This document shows positions 25,023-35,775 of a DNA stretch of 64,000 nucleotides, piece by piece; position 1 is the first letter of the stretch, and every line of letters begins with the position of its first letter. This DNA comes from Nitrospirota bacterium. Lineage in GTDB: Bacteria > Nitrospirota > UBA9217. The DNA lies in contig CAVUHW010000018.1 in assembly GCA_963741205.1 (NCBI GenBank), positions 1 through 64,000 of the forward strand. Direction: 5' to 3'. The translations under genes and the position numbers were made by a program. The notes under the pieces are model-generated. The model was given only the letters and a program-made list of their open reading frames with translations, searched no databases and was not told the DNA's origin.

Positions 25023-26390
25023 ATGTATCGTTCAATGGTGCGGATGTATCTGTTGGCGGTTTTGGCAAGTAGTATCGTTTCCGGGGGAATGGCGTACTGC
25101 GCCGCCGAGGAAAATGCGGGGAAGGCTGCGGCTCCCCGCTGCGGCTTCTCCCGAAGCGCGCATCGGAGCCCTGGAGCAGGAGATTCGAACGCTCGAGGCG
25201 CGCATCCACGAGTTGGAAGCTCGCAACCGGAGAGTGAAAAGCCGGCCGGCAACCCGAGTTCTGCCGACCGCCGCCGGCGCACCGGCCAATGTATCGCCTG
25301 CGCCGGCACAAGGGGAAACTGCCCCACCCGCAAATACCGCTGCCGCGCCCGCGGCTGCGCCGGTAGGAAATCATACTTCGTTCTTCGACAAGCTGGTTTT
25401 CAGCGGATTCGCCGACACCTACTATAACTACAACTTCAACCGGCCCCCGTCGGGGATCAACGGGCTGCGTAACTTCGATATACGCCACAACTCGTTCAGC
25501 CTGAGCCTGCTGGAACTGGATGTCGAGCGACTGCCGGATCCCCTGGGTTTTCGCGTCGATCTCAACTACGGAGATACGGCGAAGTTTGTCCATGCCGCCG
25601 AACCGGGGGGCTCGGACGTCTTCCAATTCCTGCAACAGGCATATATCGATTACAAAGCGCCCATAGGTAAGGGGCTGACCTTTTCCTTCGGCAAGTTCGT
25701 CACGCAGCACGGAGCCGAGGTGATCAAAGTGAAAGACAATTGGAACTACTCACGCTCCCTGTTATTCGCGTGGGCCATTCCTTATTATCACTTCGGTGCC
25801 CGCGTCCAGTACACATTTAACGATAAGGTCGGCGTAACCGGATATGTTGTCAACGGCTGGAATAATGTGGTGGACAACAACACCGCCAAGACCTATGGGG
25901 CACAACTAACCCTAAACCCGACCAAGAAATTGTCCATCGTGCAAAATTACATGGCGGGGCCGGAACAGACCCACGACAACCACGACTGGCGGCACTTGTT
26001 CGATACGGTCGTGACCTACAATCTCACGCCTAAACTCTCCGTGATGTCCAACTACGACTACGGCATGGACCGCGTCTCGGGCACGGGAGCGCGCACCTTC
26101 TGGCAGGGAATCGGCGGGTACTTACGTGGGCAGGTAACACCCTGGTTTGCCTTTTCACCGCGTATCGAATGGTTCGAAGATCCGCAAGGATTTACGACCG
26201 GAGCAGCGCAAAAAGTGAAGGAAGGGACGTTCACGACGGAATTCAAAGTGCATGAGAGCCTTGTGTTGAGACCGGAATTCCGCTACGACTGGTCTGACCA
26301 GCCGGTTTTCGAGAAGCACGGTCCCACCGCGAGAAGAACCAGACCACGGTCGCTGTCGGTATCTTCTACGTCCTGGGCCAGGAACACTAG
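25023..26390 (+). CDS. Outer-membrane beta-barrel porin (BBP2/DUF1597-like), frameshifts at both ends
   Basis: FSGFADTYYNYNFN, FLQQAY, GKFVTQHGAEVI, NWNYSRS, PYYHFGAR, VNGWN, RPEFRYD. Confidence 0.85.
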
Positions 26391-26644
26391 GCCGGCGTAA
26401 GTCTGGGACACCGATCGACGCCGAAGCTTAGCTTCGGCGTCGGTGTCCCTTCGCTTGATTGCAATTTCCTTATTAAAGAATTCACATCTTAAAAGGCTCC
26501 GAAATCCTGGCGCTCCTACCTTGACAGCACTCGGAGCACGGACTAAATTTCTTTTACAGTCTCTCGAATCTGCCTGGATAAATGGCATCCTGAATTCAGC
26601 CCTTAGCAATCTAGTCTCTGCTTATGAGTGGGAGGGAGGACACT

Positions 26645-27569
26645 ATGAGCTTTCGCAGATTCGGTTTGGCTGCTTTTCTGCTGACTTTAACCGTGGCCTT
26701 GGCACAAGCACAAGGCAACCGGGACGACGACTTCATCATCAGGCACAGGACAAATCCCCACGAAGGCGACGCGCCAACGGCTGGATCCACGGGCAGCATA
26801 ACGCCGGCTCATCACTTCCATGGTGGACCAGTCATGGGATCACCAAACGGTTTATTTGATTTGGTATGGCAATTGGAACCAGAGCAACGGCAGCGACACG
26901 ACCCGGGGCCCAGCCATCGTGAACGATTTCCTCTATGGCCTCAGTGGGTCCCCCTACTACGTGACCAATGCCTCATATGGCAGTGCTCCGGAACTTTTCA
27001 CCGTCGGAGGCGATTACACGGACAACTACTCGCAGGGTACCAAGCTCAGTGACAGAAAGGTCGCGAGCATCGTGTCCAACGCCATCAACAGCGGGGCAGT
27101 TGCCTAAAGACGGAACGGCATCTATTCGTGCTCACCTCTTCCGACGTGGCGGAGACTTCCGGTTTTTGCAGCAGGTACTGTGGCTGGCACACCTACGGAA
27201 CCCTGGGGGGGGACGAATATCAAGTATTCGTTCGTCGGGAACGCCAATCGTTGCCTCAACGCCTGCTGCGGACAAACCACTGGTCCGAACGGCAACGCCG
27301 GGGTCGACGGCATGGTTTCGGTGATCGCCCACGAGCTGGAAGAAACCAATACCGATCCCAACCTGAACGCCTGGTACGACGCCAATGGCGCCGAGGATGC
27401 CGACAAATGTGCCTGGACCTTCGGCCAGAGCCTTTCGACGCCGGTAATGGCGCTTCCCCTATAACATGACCCTGCCCGGTCCATCGGTTAGCTCTCGTAA
27501 CTTTCTGATTCAGCGGGAACTTGACGTCAACAGCCAGTGCTACGTCAATTACGTCACTGAGCCCAGTAA
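26645..27569 (+). CDS. Secreted EXORDIUM / phosphate-induced protein 1-like protein, frameshifted
   Basis: HGGPVM, VYLIWYGNW, GFCSRYCGWH, YSFVGNA, PNGNAGVDGMVSVIAHEL.E..TDP, ADKC, FLIQ. Confidence 0.7.
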
Positions 27570-27690
27570 TTCATTGGGCGGCCCTTGCCGGGTGCCGGTA
27601 GATCGGGCTAAGGATATCGGAGAGTCCTACCCCCTGAAGGTTCGGGGCCTTGCGAATGCCGGCTTGTGAGCGCTGTGCTATCATTCGCTC

Positions 27691-28075
27691 ATGTCGATTT
27701 CAGAGGCAGTCACCAGGGGAGTGCGCGTTTCAGTTCAGTCGGAGTATTCGGAGACGAATTTCAGCCGGACAGCAGCCGGTGGTTTTTTCTCTACACCGTG
27801 AATATTACCAACGAGTCCATCAATCCGTGCAGCTGGTCACCCGCCACTGGATCATTACCGACGCCACGGGCCATGTCGAAGAGGTGCGCGGGCCGGGAGT
27901 GGTCGGCGAGCAGCCTGTGCTCGAACCCGAGCAGTCGTTCGAGTACACATCTGGATGCCCGCTGACGACACCTTTCGGCTCGATGCGCGGGACTTACCAG
28001 ATGGTCACCGCCGAGGCGACGCTTCGATGCCGAGATCGCGACGTCGAACTGCAGGCGCCGTTTTCCGTCCACTGA
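27691..28075 (+). CDS. apaG: ApaG protein, frameshifted
   Basis: [46 protein letters not shown]. Confidence 0.92.
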
Positions 28076-28088
28076 ATCCGAACGCGGA

Positions 28089-28545
28089 TCACGCCATTGC
28101 TTTTACGAGTTCCAGAACCTCTGCGGCGTGCCCTCGGGTTCGACCTTGCAAACGCTTTTTGGATCCGCCCGTCCTTGCCGATCACGTAGGTCACCCGGCC
28201 GACAAGCTTGACGATGAGAAGGTTCGTCACACCCACGTCGTAGAGCCGGCTCAGCCGTGTCTCTTGATCCACCAGGAGATCGAACGGCAGGCCGTCCCGC
28301 TCGCGAAACATCCGGTGCGAATCGGCACTATCCAGGCTGACGCCGAAGATCAATACATCTCTTGCGCTAAACTCGGAGTGCAAGTCGCGGAACCCGCAGG
28401 CTTCAATGGTTCAACCCGGAGTGCCGTCTTTGGGGAAAAAGAACAGGACGACGATTTTCTCTCCGAGGTAGTCCGCCAGACGGATTTCCCGGCCGTCCTG
28501 GTTCCGCGCGACAAAAGCCGGGGCCACGCTGCCTTCTGCAAGCAT
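28089..28545 (-). CDS. bcp: BCP/PrxQ peroxiredoxin, probable selenoprotein
   Basis: VVLFFFPKDGTPG-TGA(28413-28411)-TIEACGFRD continues in frame to GVSLDS and RVTYVIGKDG. Confidence 0.85.
28382..28403 (-). promoter_or_regulatory. Candidate bacterial SECIS hairpin
   Basis: AAG-cc-TGCGG-[GTT]-CCGCG-a-CTT on the minus strand; the G-starting loop begins 18 nt after the TGA. Confidence 0.55.
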
Positions 28546-28748
28546 CGGATTCTGCCTCCTGGAAATCTTTATGCCGGCATGCCTGCAAGCTGAGGATTGC
28601 GTGCCTGCGGGATGCCCTGTATCATCGCAACCAATCGTAGTGTTTCCTGGCATCACGCGAGGGTCAAGCGGAATTCATCGCAAAACCTGCCGGCACGGTC
28701 GCAGCGGCCGACGGAATCGGATGAACCCGGTAAGAGAGGAGAACATCG

Positions 28749-29975
28749 ATGGAACGTCGCACATTCTTGCGGTCGGCACTGTTGGGTACATTCGGATCTA
28801 TGGGGGTTGCTCACAGGGCGGAGGCCGCCCGTTCGGACATGAAGATCACTAAAGTCCGGGTCTATAATCCGACCGACAAATCCGGGCTGAGCGGGTGGGT
28901 GAATCACAGTGCGATCGTCGTGGCCGTCGAGACGGACGCCGGGGTCACAGGCATCGGCCAAGGCGGGACCAAAGACATGATCCAGGACTGCGCCGGAGCG
29001 ATAATCGGCCAGGATCCTTTACGGACCGAGTATCTGTGGCAGCGGATGTACCGCGGCACCTTCTATCCGCCGGGCCGCGAAAAACTTCATGCCCTCGGCG
29101 CTCTCGACTGCGCGCTGTGGGACCTCAAAGGCAAAGCTCTCAATGCGCCGATCTATCAATTGCTCGGCGGGCGCGCGCGTGACCACGTGGAGTGCTATCA
29201 GACTCGCGGCACTCTCACTTTACAGGCGGCCAGAGCGGAAGCACGCAAGGTCATGGATCAAGGGTTCCGTGCGATCCGGTTCCATGGCATAAGTCCCGAA
29301 GGGGGAATCTTCAACAGCCGTAAAGCCGTCGACCAGACCGCGGCAATTTGCGCCGAGCTGAGAGAGGGCGTCGGACCTGAAGGAGATTGGATACTGGACG
29401 CCCATACCCGTTTCGACATGCCCGATGCGCTTCGCCTCTGCAAACTGATAGAACCGCTGAATCCCTTCTTCGTTGAGGATCCTCTGCGGGCGATCAACGA
29501 CAAGGATTTGTTCAGCGTATTGAGGGGACAGGTGAAGGTTGCCATAGCCGCGGGAGAACAGTTCGGCGACAGGTGGGACGGGACTCAAGCGCTGGTTGAA
29601 CACGACCTCATCGATTATTTGCGAGTAGCCATACCCAATGTCGGCGGTATCACCGAGTACGTCAAGATCGCGGCCTTGTGTGAAACCCATTACATCGGTC
29701 TCGTTCCCCACTTCACGGCGCCCATTGCTACGGCGGCAGTGATTCATGCGCTGACCGCTTTTTCGGGGCCCGCACTGAATGAGGTCTTGAGCAGTTCTCT
29801 GCCGGGATACCTCAAGGAAGGTTTCGACTTCAAACAAGGGAAAATCTACCCGAACGATCGCCCCGGAGCGGGCGTCGTGTTCGATCCGGACAAAGCGAAC
29901 TTGATCGACGAAATCACACAGCCACGGGATGTCAGCGGTTATAAGCGTCCGGACGGATCCTTTACCACCTTGTGA
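28749..29975 (+). CDS. Mandelate racemase / galactonate dehydratase-like enolase-superfamily enzyme with Tat-like signal
   Basis: MERRTFL; ALWDLKGK...PIYQLLGG; DAH, EDP and GE metal ligands; PH. Confidence 0.9.
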   Translation: MERRTFLRSALLGTFGSMGVAHRAEAARSDMKITKVRVYNPTDKSGLSGWVNHSAIVVAVETDAGVTGIGQGGTKDMIQDCAGAIIGQDPLRTEYLWQRMYRGTFYPPGREKLHALGALDCALWDLKGKALNAPIYQLLGGRARDHVECYQTRGTLTLQAARAEARKVMDQGFRAIRFHGISPEGGIFNSRKAVDQTAAICAELREGVGPEGDWILDAHTRFDMPDALRLCKLIEPLNPFFVEDPLRAINDKDLFSVLRGQVKVAIAAGEQFGDRWDGTQALVEHDLIDYLRVAIPNVGGITEYVKIAALCETHYIGLVPHFTAPIATAAVIHALTAFSGPALNEVLSSSLPGYLKEGFDFKQGKIYPNDRPGAGVVFDPDKANLIDEITQPRDVSGYKRPDGSFTTL

Positions 29976-30094
29976 ACCCAAAGGGCGCGAAGACGCAGAG
30001 GAACCGCAACGAACATGGCTCCGCTTGACAAGCGGCTGACTGATCGCATACGCTCGCCCAACATTATTTGAACTCAATATCGGCGGGGAAAAAT

Positions 30095-31506
30095 ATGAGC
30101 GAAATCGCTGCATCACGCACGCAAATAACCGAACCGGCCAGACAGACCAGAGTGAGTAAAGAAACGGAAGTGCTTGTGGTAGGAGGGGGTCCCGCGGGAA
30201 TTGCCGCGGCCATCGCCGCCGCACGCAACGGCGCAGCAACTACGCTGCTGGAACGCTACAACCACCTCGGCGGCATGGCCACGGGAGGCCTGGTCATCCT
30301 GATCCCCCACATGAGCGCGGGGACGCAGGAGCAGGAGGTGGCGGGAATCTGCCAGGAAATGGTGGACCGCCTGGATGCGATCGGCGGTGCCCGCCATCCC
30401 AATCGGAAAGATCTGGGATCGACCGATCCGCAGCTGATCAGCAGGTTAGAGCACTACCATGATTTCGTCGTGGACGGCAAAGTGCGGATGAGCGTTATCG
30501 TCGATCCCGAACTTCTGAAATGCGTCCTCAACGACATGATTGTCGAGGCAGGAGTGAAGCTCTATCTCCATTCCTGGGGAGCCGGGCAATCGTGGATGGT
30601 TTGAAAGTTGAAGGCGCGGTCTTTGAGAGCAAATCGGGTCGGCAAGCCATCTTGAGCCAAATCACCATCGATGCCACGGGGGACGGCGATATCTTTGCTT
30701 CCGCCGGCGCCGAATTCGACGGCGCCGTCGATCACAACCTAAGGAGCGGAATGTTGGCGGTCGTATTCCGGCTTGGAGCGGTGGATTATCTGCGCTACAG
30801 CTCCTTCAAGCATGAGGAGGCGGAAGCCTACAAAAAGATCATGGCGGAAATCAAAGCTATCGGCGATTTCCCGCTGCTGGCGTTTGCCGTCGCATAGGGA
30901 TGACCAAGTCTGGGTAAATAACTGGGTTCCCGGCAACGACTGTCTCAACGTTGAGCACTTGACAAGCGCCGAAGTGAAGGTGCGGAAGGTAATGTTGAAA
31001 ACCCACGAGCTCTTAAAACAACAGATGCCCGGCTTCGAAAATAGCTTCATTCTCGATACGGCGTCGCAGATCGGGACGCGAGGGAGCCGTCGGCTTCTGG
31101 GCGAATATACGGTCACCAGGAAGACCTCCGCTTGGGCAAGGTTTACGAGGACACCATCGCAGCCATTCCGCGGTTTACTGAAAACCTCTCGGCTAAGAGT
31201 CCTTACCGCTGCATTCCTTATCGTTCGCTCGTCCCCCGGACCGTGGAAAACCTGCTCGCCGCCGGCCGCTGTTTTTCATCGGATGTTCCGTCCAACGACG
31301 TACTCAACCTGATTCCCTTCTGTATACAAATGGGTGAAGCTGCAGGAAACGCTGCCGCCCTTGCGTTAAAGGACCACGAGACCCTTCGCCGGGTAAATCA
31401 CAAGGCGCTGCAAAAGCGGCTGCTGCAACAAGGGGCATGGCTGCCAAGGGAGGTACATCCCCATAAAGGTGAGGCAAAGCCCGTCCAGAAGCAGGCTTTG
31501 AAATAA
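30095..31506 (+). CDS. FAD-dependent oxidoreductase, paralog of 3998-5524, frameshifted
   Basis: VVGGGPAG, ERYNHLGGM, FESKSGRQA, IDATGDGD, IPYRSLVP, GEAAGNAAA. Confidence 0.88.
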
Positions 31507-31546
31507 AGGAATAGAGGTGCCGCATGAGTCCTGAAGGGACCTGCGA

Positions 31547-32878
31547 ATGAGCTCAACGACAATCCATACCTGCACGAAAGGACTCCCGCGAAAGCGGGAA
31601 TGCGTTTGGAGCCTCAGAGGTCGATAGCTCGGCGACTGCCGCCAATACGCTTCTGCTCCTGACCTTGATCAATGCGTTGAATTATTTCGATCGGGGGATC
31701 TTCAGCGCCGTTCTCCAATCCATCAAGGCAGAAATGCATCTGTCGGACACGGCCATAGGGCTTGTGGCGGGATTCGCTTTTGTCCTGTTCTATTCAGTCC
31801 TGGGTGTCCCGATTGCTTATCTCGCCGACCGTTATAGCCGGCGCAACATCATCGCAATCGGACTTGAGCATGTGGAGCATCATGACCGCACTGACCGGCA
31901 TGGCAGCCAATGTTTGGCAGCTGGCCTTCACCCGCTTCCTGATGGGGGCCGGTGAAGCATCCAGTCTCGCGCCCTCCAACGCCATGGTGTCGGACTTTAC
32001 GGCAAGGAGAGGAGGCCATTTGTCATCGGGATCCTCGCTACCGGAAGCACCTTCGGCGTTTCGCTCGCCTATCTCGTAGGCGGCTGGGTGAATCAGCACT
32101 ATGGCTGGCGTTCCGCCTTTTACGTGGCCGGGATCCCAGGGATTCTGGTCGCCGTTCTCTTTTTGTTTACCGTAAAGGAACCACGCCGAGGGGCCTATGA
32201 CCGGGCAAACTCACGGAAACGCAGCACGTTTAAGGAAACCATCGGTTTTCTCGCCGGATCCAGAGCCTACATCTTCGTGCTCATCGGGTTCAGCCTCATG
32301 GGAATCAGCGTCCATGCCCAAAGCGTCTGGAGCGCCGCATTCCTGATCCGGGTTCATCATCTCAATTCCAGCTGGGCGGGAATATTGATCAGCATCGGAC
32401 AGCTAATGACCCTGCCGGGATATCTGGCCGGCGGAGCGTTGGCCGAACGATTGGGACGCGCAAAGACGGGCGATGGAAGGTCTGGGTGCCGGCCTGGGCT
32501 ATGCCCTGACTGCTCCCACAACCATGATCTTCCTGATGTCCGACTGCCGCGCTGGCCCTGCTTCGCAGGGCTTTGCTTGTCGTCATTTGTCGGCCCGTTC
32601 ATTTCGGTCCCGTGTTGGCTGTCTGCATGAACGTTGCGAAGGTGCGCATGCGCGCGGTATCCTCGGCGACGCTGATGTTCTTTGGGAATATCGTTGGCCA
32701 GATCGTAGGGCCATTGGGCGTGGGTTATCTCAATGACATCATGATGTCAGCATTCGGCGACCTCGCCATCCGATATTCGATGACCCTAGGGGCATTATGC
32801 GCGCTGATTGCCGCTGCTATTACGTTGATGGGTTCGCGATATGTTGTGGGGGATACCAGGCGCGCCGCAGAAGCTTGA
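31547..32878 (+). CDS. MFS transporter (spinster-like), frameshifted; start approximate
   Basis: LNYFDR, LADRYSRRNII, GAGEA, YGWRSAF, GPLGVGYLND. Confidence 0.85.
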
Positions 32879-32895
32879 AGACACCCCGACATCAA

Positions 32896-32968
32896 CCGCA
32901 GAGGCGCAAAGATCGCAAAGGAAAACAGAGCTCTGCGTTTTTCTCTGCGATCTTTGCGCCTCTGCGGT
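32896..32968. repeat. 9-nt-period inverted repeat element
   Basis: ACCGCAGAGGCGCAAAGATCGCA ... TGCGATCTTTGCGCCTCTGCGGT is a perfect 23-bp inverted repeat; related half-copies occur near 29985 and 53695. Confidence 0.7.
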
Positions 32969-32981
32969 TTGCTTTTGTTTC

Positions 32982-33756
32982 ATGGTCCTGATTGCGATCC
33001 TCCTGATGCCGGCATCCTTATGGTCTTGGGGACCCCTCGGCCATCGCGTAGCCTCCAGGATCGCCGAGGTGCATCTAAGTCCTGCGGCCCGGTCAGCCGT
33101 TCGTGATCTGCTCGGCCCGGGCGTCACGCTGGCCGACGTAGCCAACTGGGCGGACGAACAAGCGGACTTCCGTGAGAGCCTCCCGTGGCATTATGTCAAC
33201 GTCCCGATTGCCGAATCCCCCTACAACCCCAAATTCTGCCAGCCCGCCGGCTGCGTGGTCGGTAAGATCGAAGACTTCATGAACGTGTTGCGGGACCCAA
33301 AGCAGCGCAGGCCCGAAAAGCAGCAAGCCCTCAAATTCCTGATTCACTTCATAGAGGATCTCCACCAACCTCTACATGTGGGGGACACGGGCAGCCGCGG
33401 CGGGAACCTGATTCCAGTGCGTTTCCTGGGGGAGGAATCGAACCTCCACAAAGTGTGGGATTCCCAAATCATGGAGCACCATAGCAGGAACGAACAAGTA
33501 TGGCTGTGGGAACTCACCGGCCTGGCAACCCCCAGAATGGTCGCGCAGTGGTCTAAGGGAACGCCGGAGGACTGGGCAACCGAGAGCCTGGCCGATGCGA
33601 AGCTGGCCTACCGCTCGCCTGCGGGCAAGGCTTTACTGAAACCCGGCGCACGACTGGGCAAGGATTACTGCAATTTCGCTTTGCCTGTCATTCAGGAACA
33701 GCTCGCAAAGAGCCGGGGTGAGAGTTGCCGCTGAGCTCAACGCGGTTTTCAAGTGA
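32982..33756 (+). CDS. S1/P1 nuclease
   Basis: Mature N-terminus WGPLGH; WAD; WHYVN; HFIEDLHQPLH; NLHKVWD. Confidence 0.92.
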
Positions 33757-33916
33757 CCCAAATCATTTGACATGGGCCGCCGGCCTTTGGTATTCCAGAT
33801 CCCAAATGCAGAAGCCAGCATCGACCGCGCCTAACGGCGGGGGCGCTAATGGAAGAAACTTTGCGCGAGCCAGAAGCTCGGAGCAGTCCCTCATGCTACT
33901 CGTTGGGCATCAGGTG

Positions 33917-33993
33917 ACGCGGCGGGCTGAAGCCCGCCACCACATGATTTATTTGTTTTGTTTTACATGTGGGTCCGGGCTTTCAGCCCGGAC
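33917..33993. repeat. REP-like doublet
   Basis: GCGGGCTGAAGCCCGC...ACA and TGTGGGTCCGGGCTTTCAGCCCGGAC in inverted arrangement. Confidence 0.55.
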
Positions 33994-34024
33994 CGGAATC
34001 GACTCTATTCAGGAGTTTCTGGAG

Positions 34025-34073
34025 AGAAGCCGGGAGCCGGTAGTCAGAATGCCTTCCCGGCTTCTTTCTTTTT
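34025..34073 (+). terminator. Intrinsic terminator-like hairpin directly before the PQQ dehydrogenase RBS
   Basis: AGAAGCCGGGAG...TTCCCGGCTTCT followed by TTCTTTTT. Confidence 0.45.
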
Positions 34074-34087
34074 GAGGAGAGGTATCC

Positions 34088-35210
34088 ATGATTCGCCTGA
34101 ACCTGCGGGCTAAGTCTTCCCTATTCTTGTTGCCGGGGGCCATCGCCGGTCTGTTGGTGTGGGCCGCTCTCGCCGAACAGCCCCTGCGCGTGAATGATGC
34201 CGCGTTGAAGAAGGCGGGAAAACGAGGCGATGTCTGGCTGACTTACGGTCTGGATTGGGCGGAGACGCGCTACAGCCCGCTCGAAGCAGATCAATGCGAA
34301 CAACGTCAGCCGGCTGGGACTGGCCTGGTCCTATGAGGTCGGGCCGGGGGGAGGCGGGCAGGAAGCCACACCACTTGTATGGAACGGCATGCTGTTTTCG
34401 ATTACCAATTGGAGCATTACCTTTGCGGTCGACGCCAGGACCGGCAAAGAGATCTGGCGCTGGGATCCGCAGGTCAACCAGACGGCTACCCGGCCGAAGG
34501 TTTGCTGCGGCGTGGTCAATCGCGGCATCGCCCTGTACGAAGGCAAAATCATCGTTCCGGTGATCGACGGACGGCTGGTCGCTCTTGACGCTCTTAACGG
34601 GAAGATCGTGTGGCAGGCGCAGGTGTCCTCGGTTGATGAGCATTACACGCTTACCATGGCACCCCGAATCGCCAAGGGCAAGGTGATCATCGGGGTGGCC
34701 GGCGGAGAATACCCCAACCGCGGATACTTCGACGCCTATGACGCCCAGACCGGCAAGAGAGCCTGGCGATTCTATACTGTCCCAGGGGATCCGTCGAAGC
34801 CGTACGAAAATGAGTGGTTGAAGAAGGCAGCGGAGACCTGGTCGGGCGATTTTTGGAAGGTAGGCGGCGGCGGTTCCGTCTGGGATGGAATGGCCTATGA
34901 CCCCGAGGCGGATCTGTTCTACGTCGGCACGGGCAACGGCGGACCATGGCCGGAAGAACTTCGTCACTCCAAGGGCAAGGACAACCTTTTTATATGCTCG
35001 ATTCTCGCGGTGAGGCCGGAAACCGGCGAGTTGAAGTGGTATTTCCAGGTGGTGCCGGGCGACTCATGGGATTACGACAGCGTCCAGCAACTGACGCTCG
35101 CGGATCTCGTGATCAACGGCAAGAAACGTAAAGTGATCATGCAGGCCAATAAAGATGGATTCTTTTATGTGCTCGACCGGATTACCGGAGAATTCATTTC
35201 CGCTGAACAG
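34088..35210 (+). CDS. PQQ-dependent alcohol dehydrogenase (methanol/ethanol family), truncated at the junction
   Basis: TRYSPL, QEATP, vicinal CC (VCCGVVNRG), YVGTGNGGPW, DSWDYD, QANKDGFFYVLDR; homology stops at FISAE. Confidence 0.92.
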
Positions 35211-35602
35211 AATGGTATGGGGGCTCGGAGCGCCCGCGGCATGTCCGTGGAAGACTACGCCCGCGCGGGACCCGGATTGTCGTGGCCGGAAACGATCCAG
35301 TCGCAGCCGCGCCGACCCCGTTTGCATCCCCAATGGTAAAGAAGTTGTTTATGAGCGTACCGTCGAATGCGGTGTGGGGGTTGTTCTTGTACAAAATCCG
35401 TCTCCACGTATTCGCCGTGTGTCGGCACGCAACCAAGGAGCCGGTGGCGAGACGCATGAATTCCGGGACCGGGTTCGTCGGAAGCAGGATTTTCGGGCGT
35501 GATCGGCGAAGCTGTCGGCGGGTCGAATATCTTTACGAATTCGTTTTCATTCCCGGCCACCGTCCTTCGGGGGATTGTAAATGCTGGAGTAGTGACTGAC
35601 AT
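35211..35602 (-). CDS. Multicopper-oxidase-like protein type A, copy 2 (N-terminal part only, cut at the junction)
   Basis: RBS GAAAGGAG; MSVTTPAFTIPRRTVAGNENEFVKIFDPP...TIRVPRG...APSPHTI, near-identical to 40701-40309. Confidence 0.8.
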
Positions 35603-35630
35603 GTTATATCTCCTTTCGCTTATCAAAGAA

Positions 35631-35700
35631 AGTTTGTAGTTTATGGTTTAGATTTTATGGTTTGTAGTTAACTACAAACTCGAAACTACAAACTCGTAAC
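35631..35700. repeat. Heptamer tandem / inverted repeat
   Basis: AGTTTGT-like units facing AACTACA-AACTCGA units. Confidence 0.6.
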
Positions 35701-35775
35701 AAATTATTCTATACCTCAGGTCCTGCAGCCACTCCCGTTCCGGTCTCGGCGGTCCCGGGCTTTGCAAGCGGCCCA

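Noticed and set aside
35200-35339. PQQ dehydrogenase with a novel C-terminal extension
   Set aside because: The tail is the antisense reading of the MCO-A paralog across the junction.
35211-35602. DGR TR/VR pair or insertion target duplication with 40309-40701
   Set aside because: The copy has its own RBS and start and diverges like a coding paralog; it is a gene cut by the junction.
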